Positions 1-10,140 of a stretch of DNA of 64,000 bases are shown piece after piece. Both the position numbers and the translations under genes were made by a program. How positions within the stretch are numbered: the first letter of the stretch is position 1; every line of letters begins with the position of its first letter. The notes under the pieces were generated by a model. That model was not told where the DNA came from, searched no databases, and worked only from the letters and a program-made list of their open reading frames with translations. Origin of the DNA: a virus (Duplodnaviria; Caudoviricetes); IMG/VR virus record IMGVR_UViG_3300028804_000001, positions 1-64,000 of that record; one strand, written 5' to 3'.

Positions 1-757
1 ACGCATATCCAAGATTATCGTTACCCCTAAAGTCTATATCATGATAGAAGGACGTATTGAGTACCGAGTCTTTTCCAACTTCGGCATAGCTGATGATATG
101 TGCAATAAGATCTGCCGGCTCATTTACTGCAGAAACTTCAAGAAAGTCTCTTACATTGCAGCTATAGTATGCCATGGAATCTTTATACATCTTTCCACGT
201 TGATGCATACATACTTTATCCGGATCCATTTCTTCATCGGATCCCTTTTTAGATGTTGGCCATCCATTACCGCTTCTACGATATTTCATCCAATCGAAGC
301 CACAGATACTACACTTAACTGAATCAAACTCAAATCCGGTAGAAACCGTCATGTGAGTTCCATTCATAATCTTATCCGCTTCAGCACCAGAAGGGATAAA
401 GGCTGCTACTTTGATAAGGCCATCTGACTTTTGACCATCGGGCATTTGATACGAGCCTGGAACAAACATCGCAGAGTGGATCCTTCCAATAGGATCGTTC
501 ATCGTATCGTGATGTTTATTAAAGGGTTTTGGGAATGGGGTATAGAACTTATCATAGTTCTGCGCAAAGGAAGGGGTCTCATACTTCCTGAGATTACCGT
601 TAACGAACCCAGAGTGGGTTGCATCCATAACGGAAATGATTCCTTTGGAGTTTCCTACGATCTTGGATACATTATCGATAAGCGTCTTTTCAAGCCTATC
701 GTGATCCGTTTTCTTTGTAAGTTTACGGCCTATAAATGTAGGTGTTAAATCTGCCAT
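1..757 (-). CDS. Prohead (capsid maturation) protease, 3' end truncated by window edge; absent from the ORF track
   Basis: Hand translation from ATG at 757 is open to position 1: MADLTPTFIGR...KPFNKHHD..DPIGRI (catalytic His region)...HMTVSTG (catalytic Ser)...CSICG...CMHQRG...FLEVSAVNEPAD. Lies directly downstream of the portal. Confidence 0.8.
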   Translation of the reverse strand, partial: MADLTPTFIGRKLTKKTDHDRLEKTLIDNVSKIVGNSKGIISVMDATHSGFVNGNLRKYETPSFAQNYDKFYTPFPKPFNKHHDTMNDPIGRIHSAMFVPGSYQMPDGQKSDGLIKVAAFIPSGAEADKIMNGTHMTVSTGFEFDSVKCSICGFDWMKYRRSGNGWPTSKKGSDEEMDPDKVCMHQRGKMYKDSMAYYSCNVRDFLEVSAVNEPADLIAHIISYAEVGKDSVLNTSFYHDIDFRGNDNLGYA

Positions 758-803
758 TTCGTTGATATTCTAAGGACCTGTCTTTATATGTACTTTGATA
801 CTT

Positions 804-2393
804 TCAATTTTTGGTAGATCCTGCTTGGGTTTTAGTCCCATATTGATTGGTAGCAGTTTGCTGGGATTGTATCTTAGCAGCTGCTGCAGCCTGCGCTTGT
901 TCAGTATTCATCTGTGATTGGATTTCGAAGAAGTATTTACCTGCCCATGCAGGGTCTGGTGTTAAGCCTATAGCCTTACGATACTCGTCATGTTTTAAGG
1001 CTCCGCCCTGAAAAAGTAATGTATGGTGTTGCTCATCAGCACGCTTATCTGCACGGCTTGGGTTACCAAATTCTATTCTAATTGGAGATGGATCCGTCCA
1101 AGAATCCATATCAGATTTTTTAAGGATGTTTCTATTCCAAACTCTATCAGCTAACTGCTGAAGACCCTGGGCAATACGGCCACCCATATCTTCGAGCATC
1201 CCAAATACACTTTTCTCTACAGTTTCAGAGGTTTGTCTGCCAACACCACCACCGTCACCTGTAAAGATATCTGGAATACCAACACCCTTTTCAATTCTCT
1301 TCAGAAACATCTCATGGTATTGAACAAGGTTGGGGAATGTTCCTTCCGGGCCGAGTAGTTTCATTTCTACTCTATCGGAAGTTACAATTAAACCATTGCC
1401 TTCCATGCTCTCAACCTGATCTCTAAGGAATGCAGCTTCTGATTTAAGCTGGGTATTATCCATACCTTCTCTAATGATCTTACCCCATAGAAAAGGATGC
1501 CCATATTGAAATGAGTTAAGAGTAATATCATCTTCAATGTTACGAAGGGTAAGAATATCATCTAGAACTGGATAGATAGGAGGAATAGAAATAACAGTTT
1601 GGTGGAGATCCATATAAGGAATATGAACCAGCTCTCTTGGATCATATTTTGGATCGTAGGTATTGTTATGTGTTCCAACAATAACTCGAGGAATAAGAGC
1701 AAAGAAGTATCTTCCCAAATTGGTAACCGATCTTATAGCTGGAGGTTGTCCTGCTCTAAGATGCTTTTCGATATCACCGCGCTTTCTAAGAACCTGTTTG
1801 CGAACCCACATATAGAGTTCACCATCATCTTTATTTACCAGGGCACCCATTGTTACTGGGTCGAAGAACTTAATAGAACCAATGAGGTTGGTTCCTGGTT
1901 GTAGATAATCTGGATACAGGAATGTGTTTCCGTATTTACAAAAGTCATGAGTTACTCTTCTGGTAAAAGACTTCCAGGTATACCCCCTTCCGGATTTAGT
2001 TAGAAGCTTCATAAATTCGGTATTGAATTTCTTTAGATCTACATCAGTATCCGCGGTGATTTTAAACTCACCCTTACTGATCATTTCAACCATCTTGTTG
2101 ATGATTCTAAATACAATACCTTCGTTTTCCCAATACTTCTCAGCCTTATAGATATAATAATCTGAGGTAGTTTGCATTAAGTTCTCAGCTCTTCTAGCTG
2201 GGAGCTTGGCAGTCTGACCTACCTGAAAATAATCCTTACCTGTAAATGTAATCTCTGCTCGAGATACTGGAGGTTCTACAGTAAGGACTCGTTTTGTATC
2301 TACAAAATCACTGGCAGAAGAAATGATTTCCTTCTCATTGGCTCTACCACGATAGAAGTTATTTAATACGTTAGACCAACTTCTTTTTGCCAT
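804..2393 (-). CDS. Portal protein
   Basis: 529 aa between terminase and protease. Portal-like segments: DFCKYGNTFLY, ELVHIPY, IPPIYPVLDDILTLRNIE, GVGIPDIFTGDG, HDEYRKAIGL. Confidence 0.8.
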   Translation of the reverse strand: MAKRSWSNVLNNFYRGRANEKEIISSASDFVDTKRVLTVEPPVSRAEITFTGKDYFQVGQTAKLPARRAENLMQTTSDYYIYKAEKYWENEGIVFRIINKMVEMISKGEFKITADTDVDLKKFNTEFMKLLTKSGRGYTWKSFTRRVTHDFCKYGNTFLYPDYLQPGTNLIGSIKFFDPVTMGALVNKDDGELYMWVRKQVLRKRGDIEKHLRAGQPPAIRSVTNLGRYFFALIPRVIVGTHNNTYDPKYDPRELVHIPYMDLHQTVISIPPIYPVLDDILTLRNIEDDITLNSFQYGHPFLWGKIIREGMDNTQLKSEAAFLRDQVESMEGNGLIVTSDRVEMKLLGPEGTFPNLVQYHEMFLKRIEKGVGIPDIFTGDGGGVGRQTSETVEKSVFGMLEDMGGRIAQGLQQLADRVWNRNILKKSDMDSWTDPSPIRIEFGNPSRADKRADEQHHTLLFQGGALKHDEYRKAIGLTPDPAWAGKYFFEIQSQMNTEQAQAAAAAKIQSQQTATNQYGTKTQAGSTKN

Positions 2394-5185
2394 TAGGCTG
2401 CCTTTCCACCAAACATTTTAAAAATGCCATCATCGAGGGCAAAGATATCTACATAGACTTGAGAAACCGTGGTTCCAGTATGCTCTTCCAGTCTACCTAC
2501 AAACTCTTCGTATCCTACCAGTCTACGAGCCGGGGTACTGTCTGAAAACAAAGCAATGGGAACTGTGGATCTTAAGAGTCTAACTGTAGCCGGAGTAAGG
2601 ATGCTGCCGGTAAAGTCAGAATGTACATCCTGATTCTCTGGAGCTGAATAATCAATGTTAAGAGGGTCTTCACCTTCTACAGTTTTACTCCATTTATCCA
2701 ATTCCTGTGGAGTTACGTTAGCTTTTTGCATAAGAGCAAATACTCTTTCTGCACCGCTATATTGTTCCTCAAGGGTTCTACTAATAATAGCCTTGGTATA
2801 ATCATCTGGGTCATAGCAGTCCCCGATACCAAGGAGTAGATCAAGAAGGAGTCCAAGCATCTGGGATAGCATATCCAGAACCTTAAGTCTCATACCGCCA
2901 ATACGAATATTCTTAATCAGATCTATATTCTGGAAGTTGTTCTGGAATAGATCCAGGGCTATCTGGCTCAGCTTAAGCTTAAACCATTCAATACCACATT
3001 TGAACATTGAAAGAAAGTCCCAGGCGCCGAAGCAATTGTTCTGAACTATTGCAGTTACATCTGGATTCAGGAGGACCTGATCAAGGGTCTTTTCAATTGG
3101 TTCAGTAGCAAAGTCTATAAGGAGCTTAGTTATTGTGGTAATCGTAGTCCTTACTCTTTCCATCAAATCTTTGAGGGGAAGCTTGATTCCCTGGATCTCA
3201 ATACCGGTAGCAAGAGCAAGCCTAGCTGCGTCCATAATAGATTTTAGAAATGCCAGCTGGATCTTGAGAGATGCTATATCTTTTCTATCCTGAAACTTAT
3301 TAGCATACTTGAAGAAATGAGATATATCATCGGTCGGACAGAGCGCCTTTCCGCGGGCAACATCTGCAAGTAAGACAATAAGATATACAATACAGCAGAA
3401 TTCTTTAGAGCTAAAGAACTTGGTGAGTTGATTAACTCCAGATACATAGCGGTCTACTTCATCCACCGCTCCTTCGAGTACGCCAACAACCTGCTGTAGG
3501 AACTCACCGGTTTTCTGGCCGATATCTCCAAATACATCTCCAGAAGCTCCTGTTAAGTTCTCAAGGATATCCCCACCACCAATCGTAAGAGTAGAGTCTG
3601 GGACATCCGAAGCATTAATTTTATTATCAGTATTAAGCTTAGAGAAGAATTCTTTAGGATCGTTTACACTATTAATCCCCGTTAACTTATCTGGGCCGCC
3701 ATATTTTAAACTGGCATTACCCTCTATACATCTCTTTGTTCCTGGGTTAACAATATCTGCATCTGATTTAAGGAATGATTTAATCTCTCCAAGATTATCA
3801 TCCATGTTCTCAGTCTTCTTAAGAACTGAGATAAGATTCATTAAGTTTCCGGCTTGAGTTGGTCTTGGTGTTGAGGGAACTGCATTAGCAGTGGCAACAA
3901 AATTAACCAGCTGTTCTGCCATGTCTCTATGGATTGCACTATTATTGGTTGGATCAGATGGAACCAAACAAGGGGGTCCTTGATATGGGTTATCTGGTTC
4001 ATCATGAAAGTCGGATACAACTGCCTGAGCCCAGCAGCTAAAGATATCCAGTTCAATTTGTTCTACAAGATTTGATGATCCTGCCTTCTTGGATGAGTGA
4101 AAGATATCTACTTTCTTAACTGCCTTCTGTGTAAGATCAGATAGAGAAGCCTTCTGCCCTGCAGGAGATTGTTGATCTACCGATTGTTGAAGAGCACTAA
4201 GTGCATTCTTAAAGCCGGCACCCTGAGGTTGATTTGAATTTACTGATCCAGAAATATCAGTATTAACCCGCTCGGTTACTCCACCTACTTTAATATATCC
4301 GGACTTAAGACCACCTTCAGCTTTCCAAACTTTTAAGAAGTCAGAAATAGCAGTTCCTGTGCTGCCACCACCCTTAAGTTTTTCAAGAAGCTCTGCCATC
4401 TTAAGCTGAGCTCCTGACATACCAGCTGGCATACAGCATGGTAATAAGTTGGCAGCATCGTTATCTTTCTCAAAGAATCCAAAGCAGAACTTTGGTGTAG
4501 GTAATTGAGGATTACATGGAAAGCCAAGAGCTTGCTTGGCCATCTTTTCAGTTGGTGCAAGGATTTCCGTGGCTATTAATGTTCCTAATGGCAAGCTTCC
4601 AACAAAAGGAATGGGTATATTAAGTTTACCAGTGAACCATGCGCACAGACCACCGATGATCATGTGTACTGCATAGGCTAAACAAAATCTAATAAGACGA
4701 AGAAGGAGTTCAATTCCAAATGTGTGCTTCTTGCTGGTCATCTTTTCCAGCATCGTCATAAGCCAATCCATTGGAGCATCATCTGGATTGGCAGCATTCA
4801 TCTGATCGGTGAAGTTCTGAATGTTCCGATCATCGCGCATTAATTCAATAGCACAGTTTAATCTTTCAGGCGTAAGCTCTTGAGAAGCAAAAAGCTCATC
4901 CATAATCTGCCGGATATTACCCGGCATTGGCTCGAGATTAAGTTCAAGATCAGCAACATGCATTGCGATCGTTCCTTTAATCTTTCTTTTAACCTGGGAA
5001 TTCTTACGCTGCAGCCTTATTACATTTACAAGAATCTGCCTCAGTGGGTTGTTTAAAGCTGATTCTTCAATTGTAGCAGCAGAAACATCTGGAGGTAAAT
5101 TCCTTCTAATTTCTGCTTGAGAGTATTCGAAAGATGAATCTCTAATAGGAGCTGAAACATTCGGTTCTCTAAATTTATCTGCCAT
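2393..5185 (-). CDS. Large hypothetical virion-associated protein (930 aa)
   Basis: Long ORF translationally coupled to the portal, between TerL and portal. Has hydrophobic helices and many Cys; no family recognised. Confidence 0.6.
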   Translation of the reverse strand: MADKFREPNVSAPIRDSSFEYSQAEIRRNLPPDVSAATIEESALNNPLRQILVNVIRLQRKNSQVKRKIKGTIAMHVADLELNLEPMPGNIRQIMDELFASQELTPERLNCAIELMRDDRNIQNFTDQMNAANPDDAPMDWLMTMLEKMTSKKHTFGIELLLRLIRFCLAYAVHMIIGGLCAWFTGKLNIPIPFVGSLPLGTLIATEILAPTEKMAKQALGFPCNPQLPTPKFCFGFFEKDNDAANLLPCCMPAGMSGAQLKMAELLEKLKGGGSTGTAISDFLKVWKAEGGLKSGYIKVGGVTERVNTDISGSVNSNQPQGAGFKNALSALQQSVDQQSPAGQKASLSDLTQKAVKKVDIFHSSKKAGSSNLVEQIELDIFSCWAQAVVSDFHDEPDNPYQGPPCLVPSDPTNNSAIHRDMAEQLVNFVATANAVPSTPRPTQAGNLMNLISVLKKTENMDDNLGEIKSFLKSDADIVNPGTKRCIEGNASLKYGGPDKLTGINSVNDPKEFFSKLNTDNKINASDVPDSTLTIGGGDILENLTGASGDVFGDIGQKTGEFLQQVVGVLEGAVDEVDRYVSGVNQLTKFFSSKEFCCIVYLIVLLADVARGKALCPTDDISHFFKYANKFQDRKDIASLKIQLAFLKSIMDAARLALATGIEIQGIKLPLKDLMERVRTTITTITKLLIDFATEPIEKTLDQVLLNPDVTAIVQNNCFGAWDFLSMFKCGIEWFKLKLSQIALDLFQNNFQNIDLIKNIRIGGMRLKVLDMLSQMLGLLLDLLLGIGDCYDPDDYTKAIISRTLEEQYSGAERVFALMQKANVTPQELDKWSKTVEGEDPLNIDYSAPENQDVHSDFTGSILTPATVRLLRSTVPIALFSDSTPARRLVGYEEFVGRLEEHTGTTVSQVYVDIFALDDGIFKMFGGKAA

Positions 5186-5191
5186 GTTATC

Positions 5192-6931
5192 CTATAAAAG
5201 CTTAGATCTTCTAGAACTTGAACTTCCCCTGGATGAAAAGGGTCCTCTAAAGGATGATGAGGATAAGACTAGACTGGAGTCAAGAAAACTACTGGTCCTA
5301 TCGCTTACCCTGGTATTAACCATTTCCTTCCTAGGACCCATGCTGTCCAATATCGTTGGAGCTATGCCTATATCCCGCTCTTTGTTATACTCATACCAGG
5401 CTAATACTGCCAAAGCCAGAGCCATATGGGTATGTTGTCCACCTTCTCTAGAATAGATGGGTTCTTTATCACTCGAGCTTAATTCCTTAAGCTTGAACTG
5501 GCGCATCTCAGTAATAATCCCGTCATCGTGATCTTCAAAAGCCGGCAGAACTAATCTACCTTCTTTGAACATTCTGGAGATTAAACTGATCATCAGGGTT
5601 TTATATTTAATCTTTACTGAAACCTTCTGGTTGTCCTGTAAGTAAGTCCATCCATCATTCCGAGCTACTTCAACCGATGATACAAAGTCTATAGCTCTAA
5701 ATCTGAGCATAAGATTTCTATCACCATAGATCCTTGCATGCTCATAAATCATCTCAGCCTGAACTGCTCCGTATCCCTGGTCAGCATATATTCTTTCGGG
5801 TAGCAACTCTCGATGAATTCCAATGATCTTATTAACCGAATCTGTTTGAGTAGATTCCTTACTTCGGATACAATCTATCTTAGCAACATAGAAGTATCCA
5901 TCGATCGTTTCTACAAGGTATACTATTCTAACACCATGGGTAGGAGAGTTCCAATCAATACCTATGAACAAGCCCTTCCGTTTTGATAATGCAAGTGGGA
6001 GAAGTTGATCAGGACCCAGGTATTTAAATCCACCTGGGAAAGATGGTGCTGTAATAGTTCCTCTGTCATCTGCAGTATATTGAACTGCTCGTTCAATCAG
6101 TTTCTCTGGGTATACTCTATCAGCATCATCACTCCACTCAGCTCCAAACTCTCGTTCATAAGTTGCCTCATCCGGAACAGAAGCTCGAGCTGCTTTCTCT
6201 TTATCTGCTGACCAGTGAGGCGCCTGCTCCGATCGTATGTGCCATTGCTTTACATGAACTGAGTTAGCAAACTTATAGAAGTGCCCATACTTACCACGTG
6301 GTGTAGATGACTGCCACATGAAAGGATCCTTGGCACCAGTAAAGATACCAGTAATGGCAGTGATAGCTTGAGTCTTAATATAGTCACTTTCATCGATAAA
6401 GATCTTACCACCATGCTGGGATCTAATCTTCTTCTCCACATCCTTATCACAGATAAAGATGATCATCCGGGATCCATTCTTCATTGAGATAGTATGCTGA
6501 ACAACATCCTTCTTCTTCAAAGCATCGCGGCTGAACCCTTCAGATATAGAATTCCTTACGATCGGCGAACTTTGAATCATGTTGTTCATGACTTCATAGA
6601 TACGGTCCAACTGAGTTGTTCCGGGAACATAGAGGAAGATCTTTGTATTCTCCTCTGTGCAGAGTTCCCACAAGATGAGTGCAATCATTGATACCGATTT
6701 ACCAGTACCGCGGCCAAACCTTAAACATTTAAGTGGTGAGGGATCATCGAGGACTTGCTTCTGATACCAGTGAAGATTGAGTCTTTCACCGGGTAGATCT
6801 GGATTAAAAAGATATGTTTCAGCCCATAAAGATGGCTTGCTATTTATTGTAAGGTCGTTAAACTCTTCTTCGGTGAGTTTACCAGAACTCCATATTTGTG
6901 TTAACTCTTCATCACTTAAGCGTTTACCCAT
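5192..6931 (-). CDS. terL: Terminase large subunit
   Basis: WYQ adenine-binding motif, Walker A GRGTGKS, Walker B IFIDESD, motif III SSTPRG, YEREFGAEW, RNase H-like GIDWN and YADQGYG. Confidence 0.93.
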   Translation of the reverse strand: MGKRLSDEELTQIWSSGKLTEEEFNDLTINSKPSLWAETYLFNPDLPGERLNLHWYQKQVLDDPSPLKCLRFGRGTGKSVSMIALILWELCTEENTKIFLYVPGTTQLDRIYEVMNNMIQSSPIVRNSISEGFSRDALKKKDVVQHTISMKNGSRMIIFICDKDVEKKIRSQHGGKIFIDESDYIKTQAITAITGIFTGAKDPFMWQSSTPRGKYGHFYKFANSVHVKQWHIRSEQAPHWSADKEKAARASVPDEATYEREFGAEWSDDADRVYPEKLIERAVQYTADDRGTITAPSFPGGFKYLGPDQLLPLALSKRKGLFIGIDWNSPTHGVRIVYLVETIDGYFYVAKIDCIRSKESTQTDSVNKIIGIHRELLPERIYADQGYGAVQAEMIYEHARIYGDRNLMLRFRAIDFVSSVEVARNDGWTYLQDNQKVSVKIKYKTLMISLISRMFKEGRLVLPAFEDHDDGIITEMRQFKLKELSSSDKEPIYSREGGQHTHMALALAVLAWYEYNKERDIGIAPTILDSMGPRKEMVNTRVSDRTSSFLDSSLVLSSSSFRGPFSSRGSSSSRRSKLL

Positions 6932-6979
6932 ATCTAATATAAAAAGTACAGCTTTGCTATTAGACAGTACCCTCTAACC

Positions 6980-7699
6980 ATGGCTTTTACACCACCAAAA
7001 CCAACAGAAGATGTAGCGGCAGCTTCAACTTTTTTCGGCCAGGACTATCTTAAGAGGTCCGTAGGAGATATAAAGAAAGGTGTAATCTCTAAACTTCGGA
7101 GCAGCAAAGTTCCCGGTGCCTCTCCAGCTGCATCCTTTGGTGGTGGTGCAGCAGGTAGAGCACGTGTATTCGAAGGCTTTGGAATGATTGCTTCCAAGAA
7201 AAGTGGAATGCGATCTTTCATAGAGCTCAATGAAGTAATGAAGCATGGTGGGCTTTCTAACTTTGAAAAGTCCAGGTTGCAAAGATATGCATTGAGTGCA
7301 GCTACTACTAATAATCCTCTTAAGCAGGCTAAACGTATTGAACGTGGTCGGGCAATATATGCTAAAGCTGCAGAGAATATGGCCAGTAAAAGTGGTATCA
7401 GATCCAGGATTGGATCTGCTATTAGAGCTACTCAAACTGGATGGTCCGAGAAAGGATTCTTTAAAGCAAGTGCCAATGCACTATTTAGTTCTAGAAGTCT
7501 AGGAGGTGCTGCAATTGGAGCACTGGCTGTTGCTGGAGGAACTGCAATGGCAGCTACTAAACTTAATAGATGGGCAGAAGCAAAATATAGAACTGAGAAC
7601 TTGGGTCAGGGTAGATTTGGAACAGATACTAGTGGCATGCTTGGGCCTGCATCTCTTGAAGGGATGCGATTCCAGGTAATGCGACGTAAAAGGATGTAA
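6980..7699 (+). CDS. Basic Gly/Ala-rich hypothetical protein (possible internal virion protein)
   Basis: 239-aa ORF divergent from terL, with hydrophobic segment LGGAAIGALAVAGGTAMAA. Confidence 0.6.
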   Translation: MAFTPPKPTEDVAAASTFFGQDYLKRSVGDIKKGVISKLRSSKVPGASPAASFGGGAAGRARVFEGFGMIASKKSGMRSFIELNEVMKHGGLSNFEKSRLQRYALSAATTNNPLKQAKRIERGRAIYAKAAENMASKSGIRSRIGSAIRATQTGWSEKGFFKASANALFSSRSLGGAAIGALAVAGGTAMAATKLNRWAEAKYRTENLGQGRFGTDTSGMLGPASLEGMRFQVMRRKRM

Positions 7700-7887
7700 T
7701 GAAAATATTAACACCATTACTGAGAAGTAGATACTGTAGGAACATAAGAAAGCTGGATGCAATGGCAAGACATGCAGAACATGAGTCTATTGCTAACCTG
7801 TTTTCAGCTCTTCATAAATTTGTAGAACAGGGAAAAGAAGAAGAAGCTGTTAAGATCCTTGAAGAGTATTGGAATAAATCTGAATGA
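7699..7887 (+). CDS. Hypothetical protein
   Basis: Coupled by TAATG upstream and ATGA downstream overlaps. Confidence 0.6.
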   Translation: MKILTPLLRSRYCRNIRKLDAMARHAEHESIANLFSALHKFVEQGKEEEAVKILEEYWNKSE

Positions 7888-9272
7888 TATATACCCAGGA
7901 TAGTGGATTAAATACATTCTATACTGGCCGGCATTTATTAAATGCTGCCAGTGAATATTATCAAGAGCAACAACAATATGAAGAATCTAATATTATTGAT
8001 AGAGCTTCTACTCTTGGTGTTATACAGTCTAGCCGATATACTTTAAATAGACTGTGGGGTAGACCTACTGGTAAGTTCCTCTCTAGAGAAACTTTTATTC
8101 CTAAAAGCTTATCCACTGCATCTATCTTAAGAGGTAGCACAAGTCTTCCTGGAAGACTGGCACTTGGCTATATGCTATTTGGCTATGATAATACAAGTGA
8201 TATTGTAGCTAATGCTGCTCTTGTTGGTGGGATGAATTGGGCTGGAAGGAAAGTTGGAAACGCTGTAGAGAGATTTAAAAGCGATACTGGGATGATGGAT
8301 AAATTTATCCAGGAGAAAAATTCCAGATTGGGATTATGGAAAGATGCTACCGAAGAGGCTCGTTATACAGGTATAGGTAATAGACAAGGTAAAGTAGTTA
8401 ACGCTCTTAGAAAACGTATATATAAAGATAAACTCGCCGAGAGTGGTTTATCTATGCGATCTGTTCGTCCTGGTAAGGGATCCAGTATGCTCTATAACTT
8501 TATCTATAGATCTGAAATGATGAAGGGAAAGTTTGGAACAGCAGTAAGAGATATCATAGATAGCTATAAGCCAGTTCATCTAGCTGAAGCAGAAGTAGCT
8601 GCCAGGCATATCCACAAACAAACTTTTACTAGAGGTGTTCCTCAGAACAAAAGAATTCTATCTAAAGGCAAAACCAAATACGGATCTGAATGGGAATATA
8701 GGAGTAGAATATCAAAGAATATTCGAGGAGCCAATCCTAGGTATGAGATCAGGGAAAGTATGTTTACCATGGGTAGTCCTCTTGAGGCCGGTGGAAAAAT
8801 TAGAAGGACCTCGAGTAGAACTGTTACTGCATTTACTGCTAATACAAAATGGAAACAGGAATACATAGAAAATAAACTAGCAGATACAATAGGTTACAGT
8901 GAACGATCGGCAATCATAGAAAGGGCTGCCAGATCTTCTGATGTGGCTTTAGGTATTAAATATGGTGCTGGCAAGATGGCCGCTGAAGCCGGCCGTTCTT
9001 TAAAGGTCCTTGGAAAAGTTGCAGGTTCTACAGCTATTATAGCCGGAGTTGGAACCTATCTTGCTACTCCATATGTTAAAAAAGGATTTGATAGTTTTGA
9101 TAAAGGCTTAACCAGACTTCAAAATTCATTCAGCCTGGACTTTGGAGATGGCTATTCTCCACTTAGTGGGGAAGCTAATAATGAAAGAACAAGAGCTCTT
9201 GATAGAATGAAAAATGCCAACCTGAATGCTAGAACAAGCATGGGATCCGAGGCTTCATTCTATGCCGGATAA
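7884..9272 (+). CDS. Basic hypothetical protein with conserved C-terminal LDFG...ERxRAL...NA...GSEA motif (putative internal virion protein)
   Basis: 462 aa; C-terminus aligns with that of 10137..13454. Confidence 0.65.
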   Translation: MIYTQDSGLNTFYTGRHLLNAASEYYQEQQQYEESNIIDRASTLGVIQSSRYTLNRLWGRPTGKFLSRETFIPKSLSTASILRGSTSLPGRLALGYMLFGYDNTSDIVANAALVGGMNWAGRKVGNAVERFKSDTGMMDKFIQEKNSRLGLWKDATEEARYTGIGNRQGKVVNALRKRIYKDKLAESGLSMRSVRPGKGSSMLYNFIYRSEMMKGKFGTAVRDIIDSYKPVHLAEAEVAARHIHKQTFTRGVPQNKRILSKGKTKYGSEWEYRSRISKNIRGANPRYEIRESMFTMGSPLEAGGKIRRTSSRTVTAFTANTKWKQEYIENKLADTIGYSERSAIIERAARSSDVALGIKYGAGKMAAEAGRSLKVLGKVAGSTAIIAGVGTYLATPYVKKGFDSFDKGLTRLQNSFSLDFGDGYSPLSGEANNERTRALDRMKNANLNARTSMGSEASFYAG

Positions 9273-10140
9273 TCCGCCTAAAAGACCCGGCAGTCATATA
9301 CCTCTTAGTTCTGATATTAACAGAACTAGAGAGAAGTATGTTAATGAAGGTAGAAGCACTCTTAGTAAATACGAAACTGGTATTAAAGGATCTGATATAA
9401 GAGCTGGTGGATTAGGTGTTCATTACAATGAAGAGCAACTTAAATCTATGGAAATCCAGAATCTAGGTGAAGGTAAGTTCAAGATAGGGCAAAAATCTCA
9501 GGCACAGCTTGCCGATGAGGCATGGAAAAAACTAGCTGCAGCAGCTAAGGGAAATACTCCTCCTCCAGGATCAGGACTTAGTCCTCAAGACATTGAGGAG
9601 ATGCGTAGAAGAAGTGCTCGTCCACATCAGATGAGCGAAGCGTATGCGCAAAGAAATCCCGAGGATATTTTATCTCGGGAGCATGCTTACAATCCTAAGA
9701 CAGTTCCAATGGATTCTACCACGGCTTCTATTTCGGGAGCTCCTTCTCCAATGCCTGGTAGATCATCCAAAGATATGCCAATTGATCACTCCGCCCATGG
9801 TAGAGCAACTGGAGTTGCAAAGGATATTCCAGAACGAGATATGGGTTTTGGAAAGATGTCAGGAGAAATGAGAAGAGCTCAAGAGATGCATCATGCACAA
9901 CAGGCAGATAAGTTTCTTACCTCAAAAGGATCCACACCTTCGGTAGGACATATGAGTCCTGCTTCTCATGTAGATGATGCGATCGATTGGTCCGGACTAG
10001 AAATGCCCCATGGATCTAAGATGGCTGGCTTAGCCGAACATGGAGAGCAAGTGGCTAAGACTGTTATGAACGGTGCTAAAGGATCTGCTTATGCCGAGGG
10101 CAAAACTCTTCTTAATACTCTTGGTAAGTTAAAGCTTTAA
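9262..10140 (+). CDS. Low-complexity, likely disordered hypothetical protein
   Basis: ORF 9226..10140; likelier start ATG 9262 (MPDNPPK) overlaps the previous stop. Rich in Pro, Gly, Ser, His, Met. Confidence 0.55.
   Translation: MPDNPPKRPGSHIPLSSDINRTREKYVNEGRSTLSKYETGIKGSDIRAGGLGVHYNEEQLKSMEIQNLGEGKFKIGQKSQAQLADEAWKKLAAAAKGNTPPPGSGLSPQDIEEMRRRSARPHQMSEAYAQRNPEDILSREHAYNPKTVPMDSTTASISGAPSPMPGRSSKDMPIDHSAHGRATGVAKDIPERDMGFGKMSGEMRRAQEMHHAQQADKFLTSKGSTPSVGHMSPASHVDDAIDWSGLEMPHGSKMAGLAEHGEQVAKTVMNGAKGSAYAEGKTLLNTLGKLKL

Noticed and set aside
41-748. Plus-strand ORFs 41..322 and 431..748, and the many other short antisense ORFs in the track
   Set aside because: They are shadows of well-supported opposite-strand genes (here the prohead protease) and carry no recognisable motifs.
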